Assembly: GCA_051252135.1 (NCBI GenBank)
Contig: JBPOGH010000020.1
Span: forward strand, 1-64,000
Direction: 5' to 3'
From: Verrucomicrobiaceae bacterium
Lineage (GTDB): Bacteria > Verrucomicrobiota > Verrucomicrobiia > Verrucomicrobiales > Akkermansiaceae
DNA: 64,000 nt
A program made the translations under genes and the position numbers. This document shows, in pieces, positions 46,930 through 56,858 of this stretch (positions are counted from its first letter, which is position 1; each line of letters opens with the position of its first letter). The notes beneath the pieces are model-generated. The model did not search any database. It had not been told where the DNA came from and saw nothing but the letters and a program-made list of their open reading frames with translations.

Positions 46930-46999
46930 TTGGAGGCTTTCACTTTTACCTATTTTCTGTAGACTTCTAGTAGCTCTTAAATACTCACCATTTTCTGTT

Positions 47000-49900
47000 A
47001 TGAAATCCCGACTCGTTCCAAAACTGAGCCTCTCCTACCTCGCCGCGACTCTGGCACCGCTTATGGGTAATCCCATCGATCCCGCTCCCGTCGTTGTAAC
47101 CGGTCAGGTTGAGTTTTCCGGATTGGACACGCACAGCGCGGTAATCACCCAGGAGACCCAGAAGGCGATCGTGGACTACACCCACTTCAACATTCCCGAA
47201 GGATCGGTGGTTCAATTCATTCAGCCCAACAGTGAGTCAGCGTTACTCAACCGGATCACAGGAGCCGATCCGTCGCTTCTCAACGGAACTCTTACCGCCA
47301 ATGGTCAGATTTATTTCGTGAACCCCGCCGGGGTGACTTTCGGACCCAATTCCGTAATTCGTGCGGATATTTTCATGGCAGCAGCCGGGCAGATTTCGAA
47401 CGAGGATTTCCTCAACAATGTCCAAAACTTCTCTCTGAGTGGCAATGTGATCAATCACGGCTCGATCCGGACGGAAAATGGTGTTGGCCTCTTCGGACGG
47501 CAGGTGGAAAACACCGGTGAGATAGTATCCAAGAACGGTTACGCCATTGTTGCAAGCGGGGACGAAGTTCACGTCCGTCAAGGCGGAACGAGCCTTGCCG
47601 TCGATGTGACGGATTCGGCGAAATCATCCCGGAATGGCACCGGAGTCCGGAACCTTGGGACGGTGGAGGGCGAGGAGGTGATGTTTTCCGCAGGGGACGC
47701 ATTTGCCACCGCCATTCAGCAATCTGGTAAGGTGACTGCCCGACGCAGCGCCAAAATTCAGTCCGATGGCGGTCATGTCGAAGTCTCGGGTTCCATCACT
47801 GCCCGCAACGCAGCCGGAGAAGGGGGACGCATCGAGGTCGGCGGAACGGATCAGGGCGCAGATACCGCTCCTTCTTCTTCAAGCACCACGCTCGCGGAAT
47901 CCTCCCTGCTCGATGCCAGTTCGGATACGGGTAAAGGTGGACACATCGTCGTCTGGTCGGATGGCCACACTAATTTCTCCGGAGTCGCGGATGCCTCCGG
48001 CCAACCCGGTCAAGGGGGCTTCATTGAAGCGTCAGGAAAGACCATCGATTTTCTCAGTCTGGGTGAAAGCATTCGCTTGGGATCCGGTGGCAGTTTCTTG
48101 CTGGATCCAACGGATGTCACCATCACCAGCCCGATGGCCTCCGGATTCGAGAGTATGCTCAACAATGGCAATGACGTCAGTGTGACCACCAGCATTGGTG
48201 GGGGTGATGCGGGAAACATCACGGTGGCGGCAAGCATTCAGGTCCCCATCAACAATCTGAACAACAAAGGAAAGCTCTCCTTGAATGCTGACAATGATAT
48301 CGTGGTCAACACCGGGGTGGTTATTCAGAATCTTCAGGAAGACTTCATTACCAATGAGGCCGTCTTTGACTTTCAGGCAGGGGGAGACATCAAACTCAAC
48401 GGAAACCTCCGGCATTCCGGCACCAACGGAGAATCCGGCCACGGATCGATTCTCCTGACTGCTGGTGGCGAGGTTCTTGTTAACGATGTCACCGTAGACG
48501 CCAATGGAGGTTCCATCATTGTCGATGCCAACCGGCTCACCATCGCCGGTCTCAGTGGAGATTTGGCCGCCGGCCTTAGTGCGGAAGACACCTCGCGGAT
48601 CGACATCACGGCTACGGATCGCGTCACTTTCAACGGCGGCAACATCAAGACCTTCGGTGGCGCCGATATTTTTATCGATACCGGCCTCCTCATCAACAAC
48701 ACGGGTTCGAACGCGCTAGCCGGGGATGTTTCGACGGGGAGCTTCTACGGGATTCGTCTTCCGAATCCGACCGATAACGGCTCAGGGACCAACCACATCT
48801 ATAACGGAATTCAAAGTGGCGCCAGAGCCGCCTTCAATGTCACCGATTTTGCTCCCATCAAGTCGACCGGAATCTCGGGAAACCGTTACTACTACAATCA
48901 CCAGCCAACCGTCGATATCACCGCAGTGGACGGCACAAAAATTTACGGCAATACCTTTAATCTGCCCACTGGCGGCCCCGCCGTTTCGGTTGACACGGGA
49001 GACTTTGTCCAAGCTCCTCTTGGCGATCCTTTCCTGGATGACACCACCGCCAACACGCTCAACCTTACCGGAGTGACGACTTCCTCCGCCGGTGCTGTCA
49101 CAGGCGCCAATGTTGGAAGCTATGACATCACTCCAACCGGAGCCACCAGCAACAACGGATACGCCTTTAATTATGTCGACGGAAATCTAGTGGTGAACCA
49201 ACGGGCCGTCACTCTCACCGCAAGTCAGCAGAGTAAACAATATGGCGACAATCTCAATCTGGGAACCACTGCATTCTCCGTAACAGACCTCGATAACGAC
49301 AGCACCCTGCCCAATGGCAACGTGATCAATAGTGTCACGCTGAACTCACCGTCCAACATCGATAGCTCGTCCGTGGCCAATGCGGGAACTTATGCCCAGG
49401 AGATCAAAATCACCGGGCAGTCGGGCATCGGCGGGTTTGATTCCGCGAACTACGACTTCACCTACGTAGACGGAAATCTAGTCGTAAACCCCCGCAATGT
49501 CACCGTGACCGCGTCACAACAGAACAAGTTCTACGGAGACGTCCTTGATCTCACTTCGAACGACAGTAAGACAGCTTTCTCCATCGTGGACAATGGTCTC
49601 ACCAACGGGGGGGACGCTATTCTGCCCAACGGAGAGACCATCGGTACCGTATCACTCATCAGTGTTGTCCCTGTGGATGTGGCTGCCAGCACAACGGAAA
49701 GTGTCGGCACCTATTCGAATGAGTTGCGTATCACAGGAGTAACCGGTGGCGGATCGTTCGATGTAGCCAACTACAACCTCACCTTCGTCGACGGAAACCT
49801 CGTCATCGATCCCCGCCCAATTACCGTGACTCCGGACGCTCAATCCAAGCAATACGGAGACATTCTTCCTCTTGGCACCACCGCCTTCAGCGTACTGGAT

Positions 49901-52495
49901 AACGGCCTCACCAATGGTGGAGATAGCGCTCTCCCGAATAACGAGCAAATTGACACCATTGCGCTCATCAGCAGTGGGGGAATCGCCGCAAGCACTGATT
50001 CAGATGCCGGTTCTTACGTTGACAATATCAGTGTCGATTCCGGCCTCTTTGCCAGTGGAAACGGTTCCAATGGTTTCAATGCCAACAACTACGACATTAC
50101 GTTCGCGACCGGAGATTTGACCATCGATCCAAGGCAAATCGAACTCATCGCAAATCGTCAGGAGAAATTCTACGGCGACATGCTCACTCTGGATGACTCG
50201 GCCTTCACCACCGTCGATCAGGGCAACGCTCTCGATAACGCTCTGCCAAATGGTGAAGAAATCACCGCTGTTACGATCAACTCAGCCACCAGTCTGGATC
50301 AATCCACCACGGTTGATGCAGGACTCTATTCGAGTGAAATCAACATCAGCAGCCCCGTCACCGGAACTCCCGGAACCGGAGATGGCTTCCTGGAGTCCAA
50401 CTACGATATCACCTTTACCAGTGGCGATCTTTTGGTGAAACCACGCCCAATCACTGTTTCTCCCACCCAGCAGGAGAAAATCTACGGAAACGTCCTCGTT
50501 CTCGATACGGCTTCCTTCACGGTCACTGACCTCGATAATGATGCTGTCCTCCCCAACAACGAGAGCATCAATACCGTCAGCGTCATCAGCCGTGGTGGCC
50601 ACGATTCGTCCACAACCTCCTCGGCCGTCACCTATGCCGATGACCTTGAAATCACCGGCGTCGCCAGCAGCAGCAATGGATTTGAACTCACCAACTATTC
50701 CATCGATTTTTCCAACCTTGCTGATTTTGTCATCAACCGCCGGGCAGTGACACTCACCGCTCTGCAGCAGGAGAAGGATTATGGAGATGTCCACACCCTG
50801 GACACCACCTCATTTGGCATAACTGACCTCGACAATGATTCGAACCTGCCTAACGGCGAGATGATCGACAACGTCACCCTCGTCAGCGCCAATGGAATAG
50901 ACGCTTCAACGGATGCCGATGTCGGCACCTACACCGATAACCTTTCCATCACGCCTACCGGCACCGGCACACCCACACTTTCCGGCAGCAATGGTTTCGA
51001 CCAGGAAAACTACGTCTTCAGCTACGAAACGGGTAATTTCGTCATCAATCAGCGGGCAATTACCCTGACCGCCAACCAACAGGAGAAGACTTACGGTAAT
51101 CAGCTCAATCTCGATGATACCGCGTTTGCCACTCTGGATAAGGATGGAGATGCGGCTCTGCCAAACGGTGAAGTGATCACCAACGTCACCATCAATTCCG
51201 CAACCGGAGTGTCCGGATCAACCAGCGCCGGAGCGGCAACCTACGATGATGAGATTGTCATTTCCGGCCCTGTCACAGGCACCTCCGGAACCGGAGACGG
51301 CTTCCAGGAATCCAACTACAACATCACCTATGTCGAAGGAGATTTGGTGGTCAACAAGCGGGCGATCACTCTCACCGCACTTCCCCAATCGAAAGTGTAT
51401 GGCGAATCCGTCACGGCAAGCCCGACCGCTTTCTCTGTTCTTGATCTGGATAACGACGCCATCCTTCCCAATGGTGAGACGATCAATTCCGTCAATATCA
51501 CGAGCAACGTAGCCGGTGATTCGACTGCCAACGCCGGCACTTACGTCGATGATCTTGCTCCGACCAACATCCTGACCGCCTCCGGTAACTTCGATGAGGG
51601 CAACTATGACATCACCCGGGTGTCGGGGACCTACACGATTGATCAACGCGCCATTCTGTTGACCGCTCATGATCAAGGTAAGGTCTACGGAGAATCGGAC
51701 TCACTCGATACCACCGCGTTTACGGTCACCGATACCTTCGGCGGCGGCGGGAATAGCCTTCCCAACGGAGAGCTGGTGGATGCGGTTTCTTTCAATCCTA
51801 CTTCGCTCCCCGGTGACACCACCGCAGCGGCCGGAAACTATGCGGATCAGCTGAGCATCTCCGGCCAAACAGGATCCAATGACTTCCTTGCTTCAAACTA
51901 TAGCATCTCCTACGCCTCCGGTGACTACAACATCACGCGACGGGCAGTCGAGTTGGCCATCAATGATGACAAGCGATACGCCGGCTCGGCATATGAGATC
52001 GATCCCACCGCCTTCGTAACCATTGATTTCGATGGTGATGAGTTTCTTCCCAACGGGGAATCCATCGATTCCCTCAATATCACCAGCCTCACGGGAGTCG
52101 CCGAAAACCCGATCGCGCCAATGGGAGTTTATCTTGGGGAGCTGACCGCCAATTCCAATTCGGCAGCCGGTTCGAACGGGTTCAATCCCGCAAACTATGC
52201 CATTACGGTCACTCCGGGCGATTTTGAAATCGAGGCCTTCCCCGGCCTTGCTGCAATCGGTCAGGATGTCTTCATCGAACGATGGATCCTCGATAATATC
52301 GGATATGATCCAACCGATCCCTTTGCTCACAGCTATGCCATATCCCAAAGTGTCGGACTACAGCTCCTCGCACTTGAGTCATGGAGCAAGTTGCCTGCTG
52401 CCAAAAAGCAGGTGGTTCTCTCCTCACTCGATGACATCCCGTTGCACCTCCAAACGCTCGACCTCGCGAAAAAACTCATCGAGCAAGCAAAGTAA
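47000..52495 (+). CDS. TpsA-type filamentous haemagglutinin-like exoprotein with MBG-like repeats (1831 aa)
   Basis: ATG at 47000 gives a Sec-type signal peptide (MKSRLVPKLSLSYLAATLAPLMG). TPS domain: FNIPEGSVVQFIQP..LNRITGADPS.LNG.L.ANGQIYFVNPAG. Beta-helix motifs GGRIEVGG, GGHIVVWSD, GGFIEASG, LLDP. Lies directly upstream of a TpsB gene. Confidence 0.9.
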   Translation: MKSRLVPKLSLSYLAATLAPLMGNPIDPAPVVVTGQVEFSGLDTHSAVITQETQKAIVDYTHFNIPEGSVVQFIQPNSESALLNRITGADPSLLNGTLTANGQIYFVNPAGVTFGPNSVIRADIFMAAAGQISNEDFLNNVQNFSLSGNVINHGSIRTENGVGLFGRQVENTGEIVSKNGYAIVASGDEVHVRQGGTSLAVDVTDSAKSSRNGTGVRNLGTVEGEEVMFSAGDAFATAIQQSGKVTARRSAKIQSDGGHVEVSGSITARNAAGEGGRIEVGGTDQGADTAPSSSSTTLAESSLLDASSDTGKGGHIVVWSDGHTNFSGVADASGQPGQGGFIEASGKTIDFLSLGESIRLGSGGSFLLDPTDVTITSPMASGFESMLNNGNDVSVTTSIGGGDAGNITVAASIQVPINNLNNKGKLSLNADNDIVVNTGVVIQNLQEDFITNEAVFDFQAGGDIKLNGNLRHSGTNGESGHGSILLTAGGEVLVNDVTVDANGGSIIVDANRLTIAGLSGDLAAGLSAEDTSRIDITATDRVTFNGGNIKTFGGADIFIDTGLLINNTGSNALAGDVSTGSFYGIRLPNPTDNGSGTNHIYNGIQSGARAAFNVTDFAPIKSTGISGNRYYYNHQPTVDITAVDGTKIYGNTFNLPTGGPAVSVDTGDFVQAPLGDPFLDDTTANTLNLTGVTTSSAGAVTGANVGSYDITPTGATSNNGYAFNYVDGNLVVNQRAVTLTASQQSKQYGDNLNLGTTAFSVTDLDNDSTLPNGNVINSVTLNSPSNIDSSSVANAGTYAQEIKITGQSGIGGFDSANYDFTYVDGNLVVNPRNVTVTASQQNKFYGDVLDLTSNDSKTAFSIVDNGLTNGGDAILPNGETIGTVSLISVVPVDVAASTTESVGTYSNELRITGVTGGGSFDVANYNLTFVDGNLVIDPRPITVTPDAQSKQYGDILPLGTTAFSVLDNGLTNGGDSALPNNEQIDTIALISSGGIAASTDSDAGSYVDNISVDSGLFASGNGSNGFNANNYDITFATGDLTIDPRQIELIANRQEKFYGDMLTLDDSAFTTVDQGNALDNALPNGEEITAVTINSATSLDQSTTVDAGLYSSEINISSPVTGTPGTGDGFLESNYDITFTSGDLLVKPRPITVSPTQQEKIYGNVLVLDTASFTVTDLDNDAVLPNNESINTVSVISRGGHDSSTTSSAVTYADDLEITGVASSSNGFELTNYSIDFSNLADFVINRRAVTLTALQQEKDYGDVHTLDTTSFGITDLDNDSNLPNGEMIDNVTLVSANGIDASTDADVGTYTDNLSITPTGTGTPTLSGSNGFDQENYVFSYETGNFVINQRAITLTANQQEKTYGNQLNLDDTAFATLDKDGDAALPNGEVITNVTINSATGVSGSTSAGAATYDDEIVISGPVTGTSGTGDGFQESNYNITYVEGDLVVNKRAITLTALPQSKVYGESVTASPTAFSVLDLDNDAILPNGETINSVNITSNVAGDSTANAGTYVDDLAPTNILTASGNFDEGNYDITRVSGTYTIDQRAILLTAHDQGKVYGESDSLDTTAFTVTDTFGGGGNSLPNGELVDAVSFNPTSLPGDTTAAAGNYADQLSISGQTGSNDFLASNYSISYASGDYNITRRAVELAINDDKRYAGSAYEIDPTAFVTIDFDGDEFLPNGESIDSLNITSLTGVAENPIAPMGVYLGELTANSNSAAGSNGFNPANYAITVTPGDFEIEAFPGLAAIGQDVFIERWILDNIGYDPTDPFAHSYAISQSVGLQLLALESWSKLPAAKKQVVLSSLDDIPLHLQTLDLAKKLIEQAK
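48902..52232 (+). repeat. About 11 tandem ~100 aa MBG-like repeats
   Basis: R(A/P)(I/V)TLTA..Q.K.YG...D.DND..LPNGE.I..V...AG.Y...NY...Y..G.L.I recurs 11 times. Confidence 0.85.
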
Positions 52496-52539
52496 ACTCC
52501 GACCCGTCCGCCACTTCCAACGTCCTTCATTTCCTGCCC

Positions 52540-54216
52540 ATGAACCCAACCGTAAAATTTCTAGCCGGCGCTTCCGCAGCTGCCCTCCTAACCGGAACCG
52601 CTCTTGCCGGTCCGCTCAAGTTCTCCGGAAATTCGACGATCCAAACCAATGACCTTTTATCGGTCTCGGTGAATCTTAAGGAGGGAGAAGGGGGACTCGT
52701 TCCTGATCCGTCGGGCCTTCCCTACGAGCTCCGTGATATCGACGCCTTGAAATTGTCGCCGGCAGCCATTTCAGCAATTTTACGGAGTGTGAGTGAACTC
52801 TATCAGGAAAGAGGAATTCTTGCCACCCGTGCTGTAGTCACCGCTCAGGGATACAAGGCTTCTCTGAATGGGAAGCCGCTTGCAATCAAGATCATCGAGG
52901 GAAGGATCACCAGAACGCGGATCGTAGGCACCAAAGACAATCAAGTGATCTCCGACGCCAAACGCGCCCGAATCGAGGCCGCGGCCCCGGTGGGAGCAGG
53001 AGAAACCATTTCCGCAAAGGCGCTCGACGGCACCGTGGGCCAGATGAATCGCTTCAGCAGGCAGCAAGTGCGGCCGGTTCTTGTTCCTGAAGATGGCGAC
53101 TTGATTCTTGAATACCGCGTCAAGCAGCTGGACGAAGAAATCACCTCCGTGACTCTGGATAACTACGGATCGGACCGGGTTGGCAGGGAAAGAGCGTCGC
53201 TCGATTATGCCCGCTGGAACCTCCTGACACCGGACGACAAGTTTCATTTCAAGGCCCTGTCTTCTTTCGACGGCAATAGCAGTTTTGTAGGTGCTGATTA
53301 TCTTCTTCCTTTGGATGACCTAGCCAGTAGCCGCCTCGGTTTTAATCTTTCCTATAGTGATTTCACTGCGGAGGACGTGGGGCTGGCAGGAGCAGTTGGT
53401 ATTAATTTTGAAGGCAACAGTCTCAACCTCGGGGTCAATTGGGAAAAGACCCTCTGGAGCGGGGAAGGGGAGTATCTCGATAGCATTGTTGGGCTCCGTT
53501 ATCTCAATGTGACCCAGGATCAGAGCAGCATCGGCATCCCCAAAGCCAGCACAGCATTTTTACTGCCTTCCGCCGGTCTTCGATACTCACGAACCACCAA
53601 GAACAGCTCTCTCATTCTGGGCGGACAACTTGAAGCAAACCTGTCCAGCATCGCGGGGACAGATTCCGGACTCGCGCTTGCACGTCAAGGACGTCTGTTT
53701 GCTGAAGATTCCTTCGTAACCGGATCCCTTTACGCCGCTTACCGGCTCTATCTCGATGAGATTTTGACCGGGACAGATGGAAGAGATCACGAGTTTTCCG
53801 CATTCCTCACTGGCAATACGAGCTTTGGTGATCGCCTTGCACCATCATTTCTCAACGTTGCCGGGGGGTATTCAACGGTGCGCGGGTATCCCTTGGGCGC
53901 GGCCTCCGGAGACAATTTGCTGATGCTCAAACTCGACTACAAGTATCACTTCGACACCCTCGACATCCACGGCGTTCCCCTGGACCTCTCCGCCTCGTTC
54001 TTCAGTGATGTGGCAACCGTAAAGAACGAGAACGCGGTGATCTTTGAGCGGGACGATACCCTTTGGTCCGTCGGGCTGGGATTGGAAGCGGTCATCAATG
54101 CCGACTTGCGGGCCTCACTTGGCTACGGAGTGGCGCTTCGGGACGTGATTTCACCCACTCAAATCATCATGGCCGGCGACGGTCAGTTTTACTTCCAGGT
54201 TGGCTACTCCTTCTAG
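52540..54216 (+). CDS. TpsB / ShlB-FhaC-HecB family outer-membrane transporter
   Basis: Signal peptide; POTRA-like region (LYQERGILATRA..IKIIEGRI); LDNYGS..VG; conserved GG..TVRGY loop motif; C-terminal aromatic strand QVGYSF. Confidence 0.93.
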   Translation: MNPTVKFLAGASAAALLTGTALAGPLKFSGNSTIQTNDLLSVSVNLKEGEGGLVPDPSGLPYELRDIDALKLSPAAISAILRSVSELYQERGILATRAVVTAQGYKASLNGKPLAIKIIEGRITRTRIVGTKDNQVISDAKRARIEAAAPVGAGETISAKALDGTVGQMNRFSRQQVRPVLVPEDGDLILEYRVKQLDEEITSVTLDNYGSDRVGRERASLDYARWNLLTPDDKFHFKALSSFDGNSSFVGADYLLPLDDLASSRLGFNLSYSDFTAEDVGLAGAVGINFEGNSLNLGVNWEKTLWSGEGEYLDSIVGLRYLNVTQDQSSIGIPKASTAFLLPSAGLRYSRTTKNSSLILGGQLEANLSSIAGTDSGLALARQGRLFAEDSFVTGSLYAAYRLYLDEILTGTDGRDHEFSAFLTGNTSFGDRLAPSFLNVAGGYSTVRGYPLGAASGDNLLMLKLDYKYHFDTLDIHGVPLDLSASFFSDVATVKNENAVIFERDDTLWSVGLGLEAVINADLRASLGYGVALRDVISPTQIIMAGDGQFYFQVGYSF

Positions 54217-54241
54217 TCCTACTCAACCCACCATTTAAGTT

Positions 54242-55021
54242 ATGAAAACTTCATTATACCAATTCTGTTTGAGCCTGCTCTTTGTTTTTGGGGCAGTGCT
54301 TCATGCTCAGTCCCTGCAGCCGGCCTGGGGGTATTCCTATGATGAAGCGGAAGCGGGTAAGCAGATTGTTTTCATCACTCCCATAAACGCAGGGACCGAT
54401 GGCAGTGTCGCCTTCGTGGTCACCCGGGGTGACGGAGGTGGGGGCAATCTGGAGAACCAAATTTTTTGGTTGAAAGCAAAAGCGGACGGATCGTCTCCGA
54501 ATGCGCCCCTCTGGACTTCGGGATGGCAAGCCAGCGGCGGATTTACAGACGTGGTTGCCGTTCGTCGAAACCATTTGGTTTATTCAACCGGGCGCTTGAT
54601 TAAGTCCGTCACCCTTGACGAGGCGGGCACCCCGACAGAGTCAACGGTCAAGGCGTTTGCAGGTGCCGAGGAGGGCGGAGACCCCTTGATCTTCACGCTG
54701 GAGCAGGCCCGAACTGCGGGCTTCGTTTACGCTATTGCGACCCAGGAAAATAAGCGTGGATTCACCCTGAGCTCATTTCGATTTGCTCCAGGGCCTCCCG
54801 AAGTATCCGGCGTTTCGACTTTTAGCTCTGTCACCGGAGACACCCTTTCCATTTCGTTTCAAAGCGAGATCGATGCCGAGTATCAACTTCAGAGTTCAAC
54901 CAATCTCGAAGCCAATAGCTGGGAAAACGTCGGGGTCGCTTTGGTTGGCAATGGCGGAATCCAGACCTTCACTCAAAGCGCGGGAGACTCAAAATTGTTC
55001 TTCCGGATCGTTGCTCTATAA
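54242..55021 (+). CDS. Secreted hypothetical protein with Verrucomicrobia-type C-terminal domain
   Basis: Signal peptide MKTSLYQFCLSLLFVFGAVLHA; C-terminus ISFQSE..EYQLQSSTNL..NSW...G.GG...F......KLFFRI resembles the YxLQxSxDL..W..FFR tail common in verrucomicrobial exoproteins. Confidence 0.8.
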   Translation: MKTSLYQFCLSLLFVFGAVLHAQSLQPAWGYSYDEAEAGKQIVFITPINAGTDGSVAFVVTRGDGGGGNLENQIFWLKAKADGSSPNAPLWTSGWQASGGFTDVVAVRRNHLVYSTGRLIKSVTLDEAGTPTESTVKAFAGAEEGGDPLIFTLEQARTAGFVYAIATQENKRGFTLSSFRFAPGPPEVSGVSTFSSVTGDTLSISFQSEIDAEYQLQSSTNLEANSWENVGVALVGNGGIQTFTQSAGDSKLFFRIVAL

Positions 55022-55147
55022 CAAGACGACGACAGTCCCATTCCTCTCCTGCCGTTTTTATACTGACCGCTTTTCTTGCAGGGCCCGATCCGGAGAGCCC
55101 CGGAAAATCGCTTCCACCCGGATGAGACGGTTTAAAAATCTGTCCGC

Positions 55148-55176
55148 TTGACGGAAAAGTTCACAGTTCCTAGCAT
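55148..55176 (+). promoter_or_regulatory. Sigma70-like promoter for the export operon
   Basis: TTGACG (55148-55153), 17-nt spacer, TAGCAT (55171-55176); 67 nt upstream of the TolC ATG, in the largest intergenic gap. Confidence 0.7.
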
Positions 55177-55243
55177 CCGCACTCGACCATTCTGTCGTGC
55201 TTAGCCAATCCATTTTCGGGTTGGCCCTATTTTTCCCCTGCGT

Positions 55244-56809
55244 ATGAAACCCGTTTCTTTATTGGCAGCATCTAGTCTCATTTTGAATTTCTGCCCAACC
55301 GCAGACGCCCAGAAAACCGAACTCTTAAGTCTATACTCATCCGCCCATCAGGCAATCCGGAGAAATCTGGATTTTCAAGGAGAGATGGAAAGCATCAAGA
55401 TCAGCCAAGCCCAAATGCGGCGGGAAATGGCGGAATTTGGTTGGGGTCTGGAAGCACTTACCCGTTATGAAGATCGGGAAAAACCCCAAAACACCCGTGA
55501 ATTCATCGCGGTCGGGGGAGTCCAGCTTCCGGGAAATTCCGCGCGAATCTTTGTAGATGAGAATTTCACTGCCCGTGTCGGCTTGAAAAAGAAGTATACC
55601 ACGGGAACAACTGTTGAATTCGGAACCCGTTTCTCGCGACTGGAGAACACTCTCAACCGAACTTCCACCAATGCTCTATATACCCCGGAATATGAGTCTT
55701 TCACTGGGATCACCATTACCCAACCTCTACTCCAGGGCTTCGGTCGTGATGCAAACCTTGCAGGAGTAAATATTGCCCGGCGCCGTCTCGCGGCACAAGA
55801 GGTGCTCACCCGCGTCAAAGCGATGAATCTGGTGGCAGAGGTAGCCAGTCGCTACACTGATATTGTCACCGCGGATCGGGTGTTGGCCGTTCATGCCCAG
55901 AATATCGAATTGGCCGAACGAATGCTGAAGCGCAACAAAGAGCTTCTTGCCACCAACGAGGGTCTGCTTACCGATGTCACAACCGCAGAGTTGGCCCTTT
56001 ATCAACGCCAGGACCAATATATTACAACGGCGGCGGACAAGATTGAGCGAGTCAACATCCTCTTTGCCCTCATTGATCGCGCACCGGACCTTGAAGGAAC
56101 CACTCGTTTCCAGCCCATTTCCACTTTCTTTTCAGGGGCTGCCTTGAACGGAAAGCGTGAGCTCATCAACTACGGGCAGTCCCGGCGCCTTGATGTCGTC
56201 TATTACAATCATGTGGTCGAGACCGCTAAGCTCAATGTCCTGCGTGCACGGGATTCGGGCAAACCACAGCTGAATCTCACTGGTTCGGCAGGGGTATACG
56301 GGCTCAGCGAAACTTCTGGCGGCTCCTTCCGGGAAGCGCGCGATACCCAGGGAACCGAGTGGTCCTTGGGACTCAACTTCAAGATGCCTCTGGGAAGCGA
56401 CGGCGCGGATGCCGCGGTAGATGCGGCCAAGGCGCAGGTGAGACAGGCGGAAATGGAATTGGCCAAAGCCAAGCGCGGCATTTCCCTGGAGGTGGACACT
56501 GCCACGAGTCGTGTTGACGCCGCAAAGAAGCGTATCACTACCGCAAAAAAAGCGGTGGAATTGGCCACGCAGCGCCTGAAGCAGGAAGAAGACCTCTACA
56601 CTGCCGGCGAAGGAGATTTCTACCGCGTTGTGGAACAACAACAAATTCTGGGTGACGCCCAGGTCAATCTGGTGGCCAGCGAGGCGGCTCTCAGCAAATC
56701 CGTGATCGCGGTTTGGCTTGCCGCCGGTAAGATTTTTGAGCGGATGGGAATCTCTCCTGCAGAAGTTGAGATGATGATCACCCGGGCCAAGGAGAAAAAG
56801 AAGAAGTGA
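55244..56809 (+). CDS. TolC-family outer-membrane efflux/secretion channel
   Basis: Signal peptide; AIRRNLD; ITQPLLQGFG; KPQLNL..G; LNFKMPLG; long helical segments; two-repeat OEP architecture. Confidence 0.9.
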   Translation: MKPVSLLAASSLILNFCPTADAQKTELLSLYSSAHQAIRRNLDFQGEMESIKISQAQMRREMAEFGWGLEALTRYEDREKPQNTREFIAVGGVQLPGNSARIFVDENFTARVGLKKKYTTGTTVEFGTRFSRLENTLNRTSTNALYTPEYESFTGITITQPLLQGFGRDANLAGVNIARRRLAAQEVLTRVKAMNLVAEVASRYTDIVTADRVLAVHAQNIELAERMLKRNKELLATNEGLLTDVTTAELALYQRQDQYITTAADKIERVNILFALIDRAPDLEGTTRFQPISTFFSGAALNGKRELINYGQSRRLDVVYYNHVVETAKLNVLRARDSGKPQLNLTGSAGVYGLSETSGGSFREARDTQGTEWSLGLNFKMPLGSDGADAAVDAAKAQVRQAEMELAKAKRGISLEVDTATSRVDAAKKRITTAKKAVELATQRLKQEEDLYTAGEGDFYRVVEQQQILGDAQVNLVASEAALSKSVIAVWLAAGKIFERMGISPAEVEMMITRAKEKKKK

Positions 56810-56858
56810 TTTCTTTCCTCCCCAACAACTAAGATTTCTCTCGTACTAAAGAAGAATT

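Noticed and set aside
46769..46999. N-terminal extension of the 1908-aa ORF overlapping the giant gene
   Set aside because: It overlaps the giant CDS and looks non-coding; ATG 47000 gives a proper signal peptide directly before the TPS domain.
46930..46999. AT-rich spacer with direct repeat ATTTTCTGT (46952, 46990) and a TAGACT hexamer
   Set aside because: -35/-10 spacing is unconvincing and the repeat is short; no terminator hairpin.
47000..54216. Contact-dependent inhibition (CdiAB-I) system
   Set aside because: No pre-toxin motif, toxin-like C-terminus or immunity gene; the repeats are adhesin-like.
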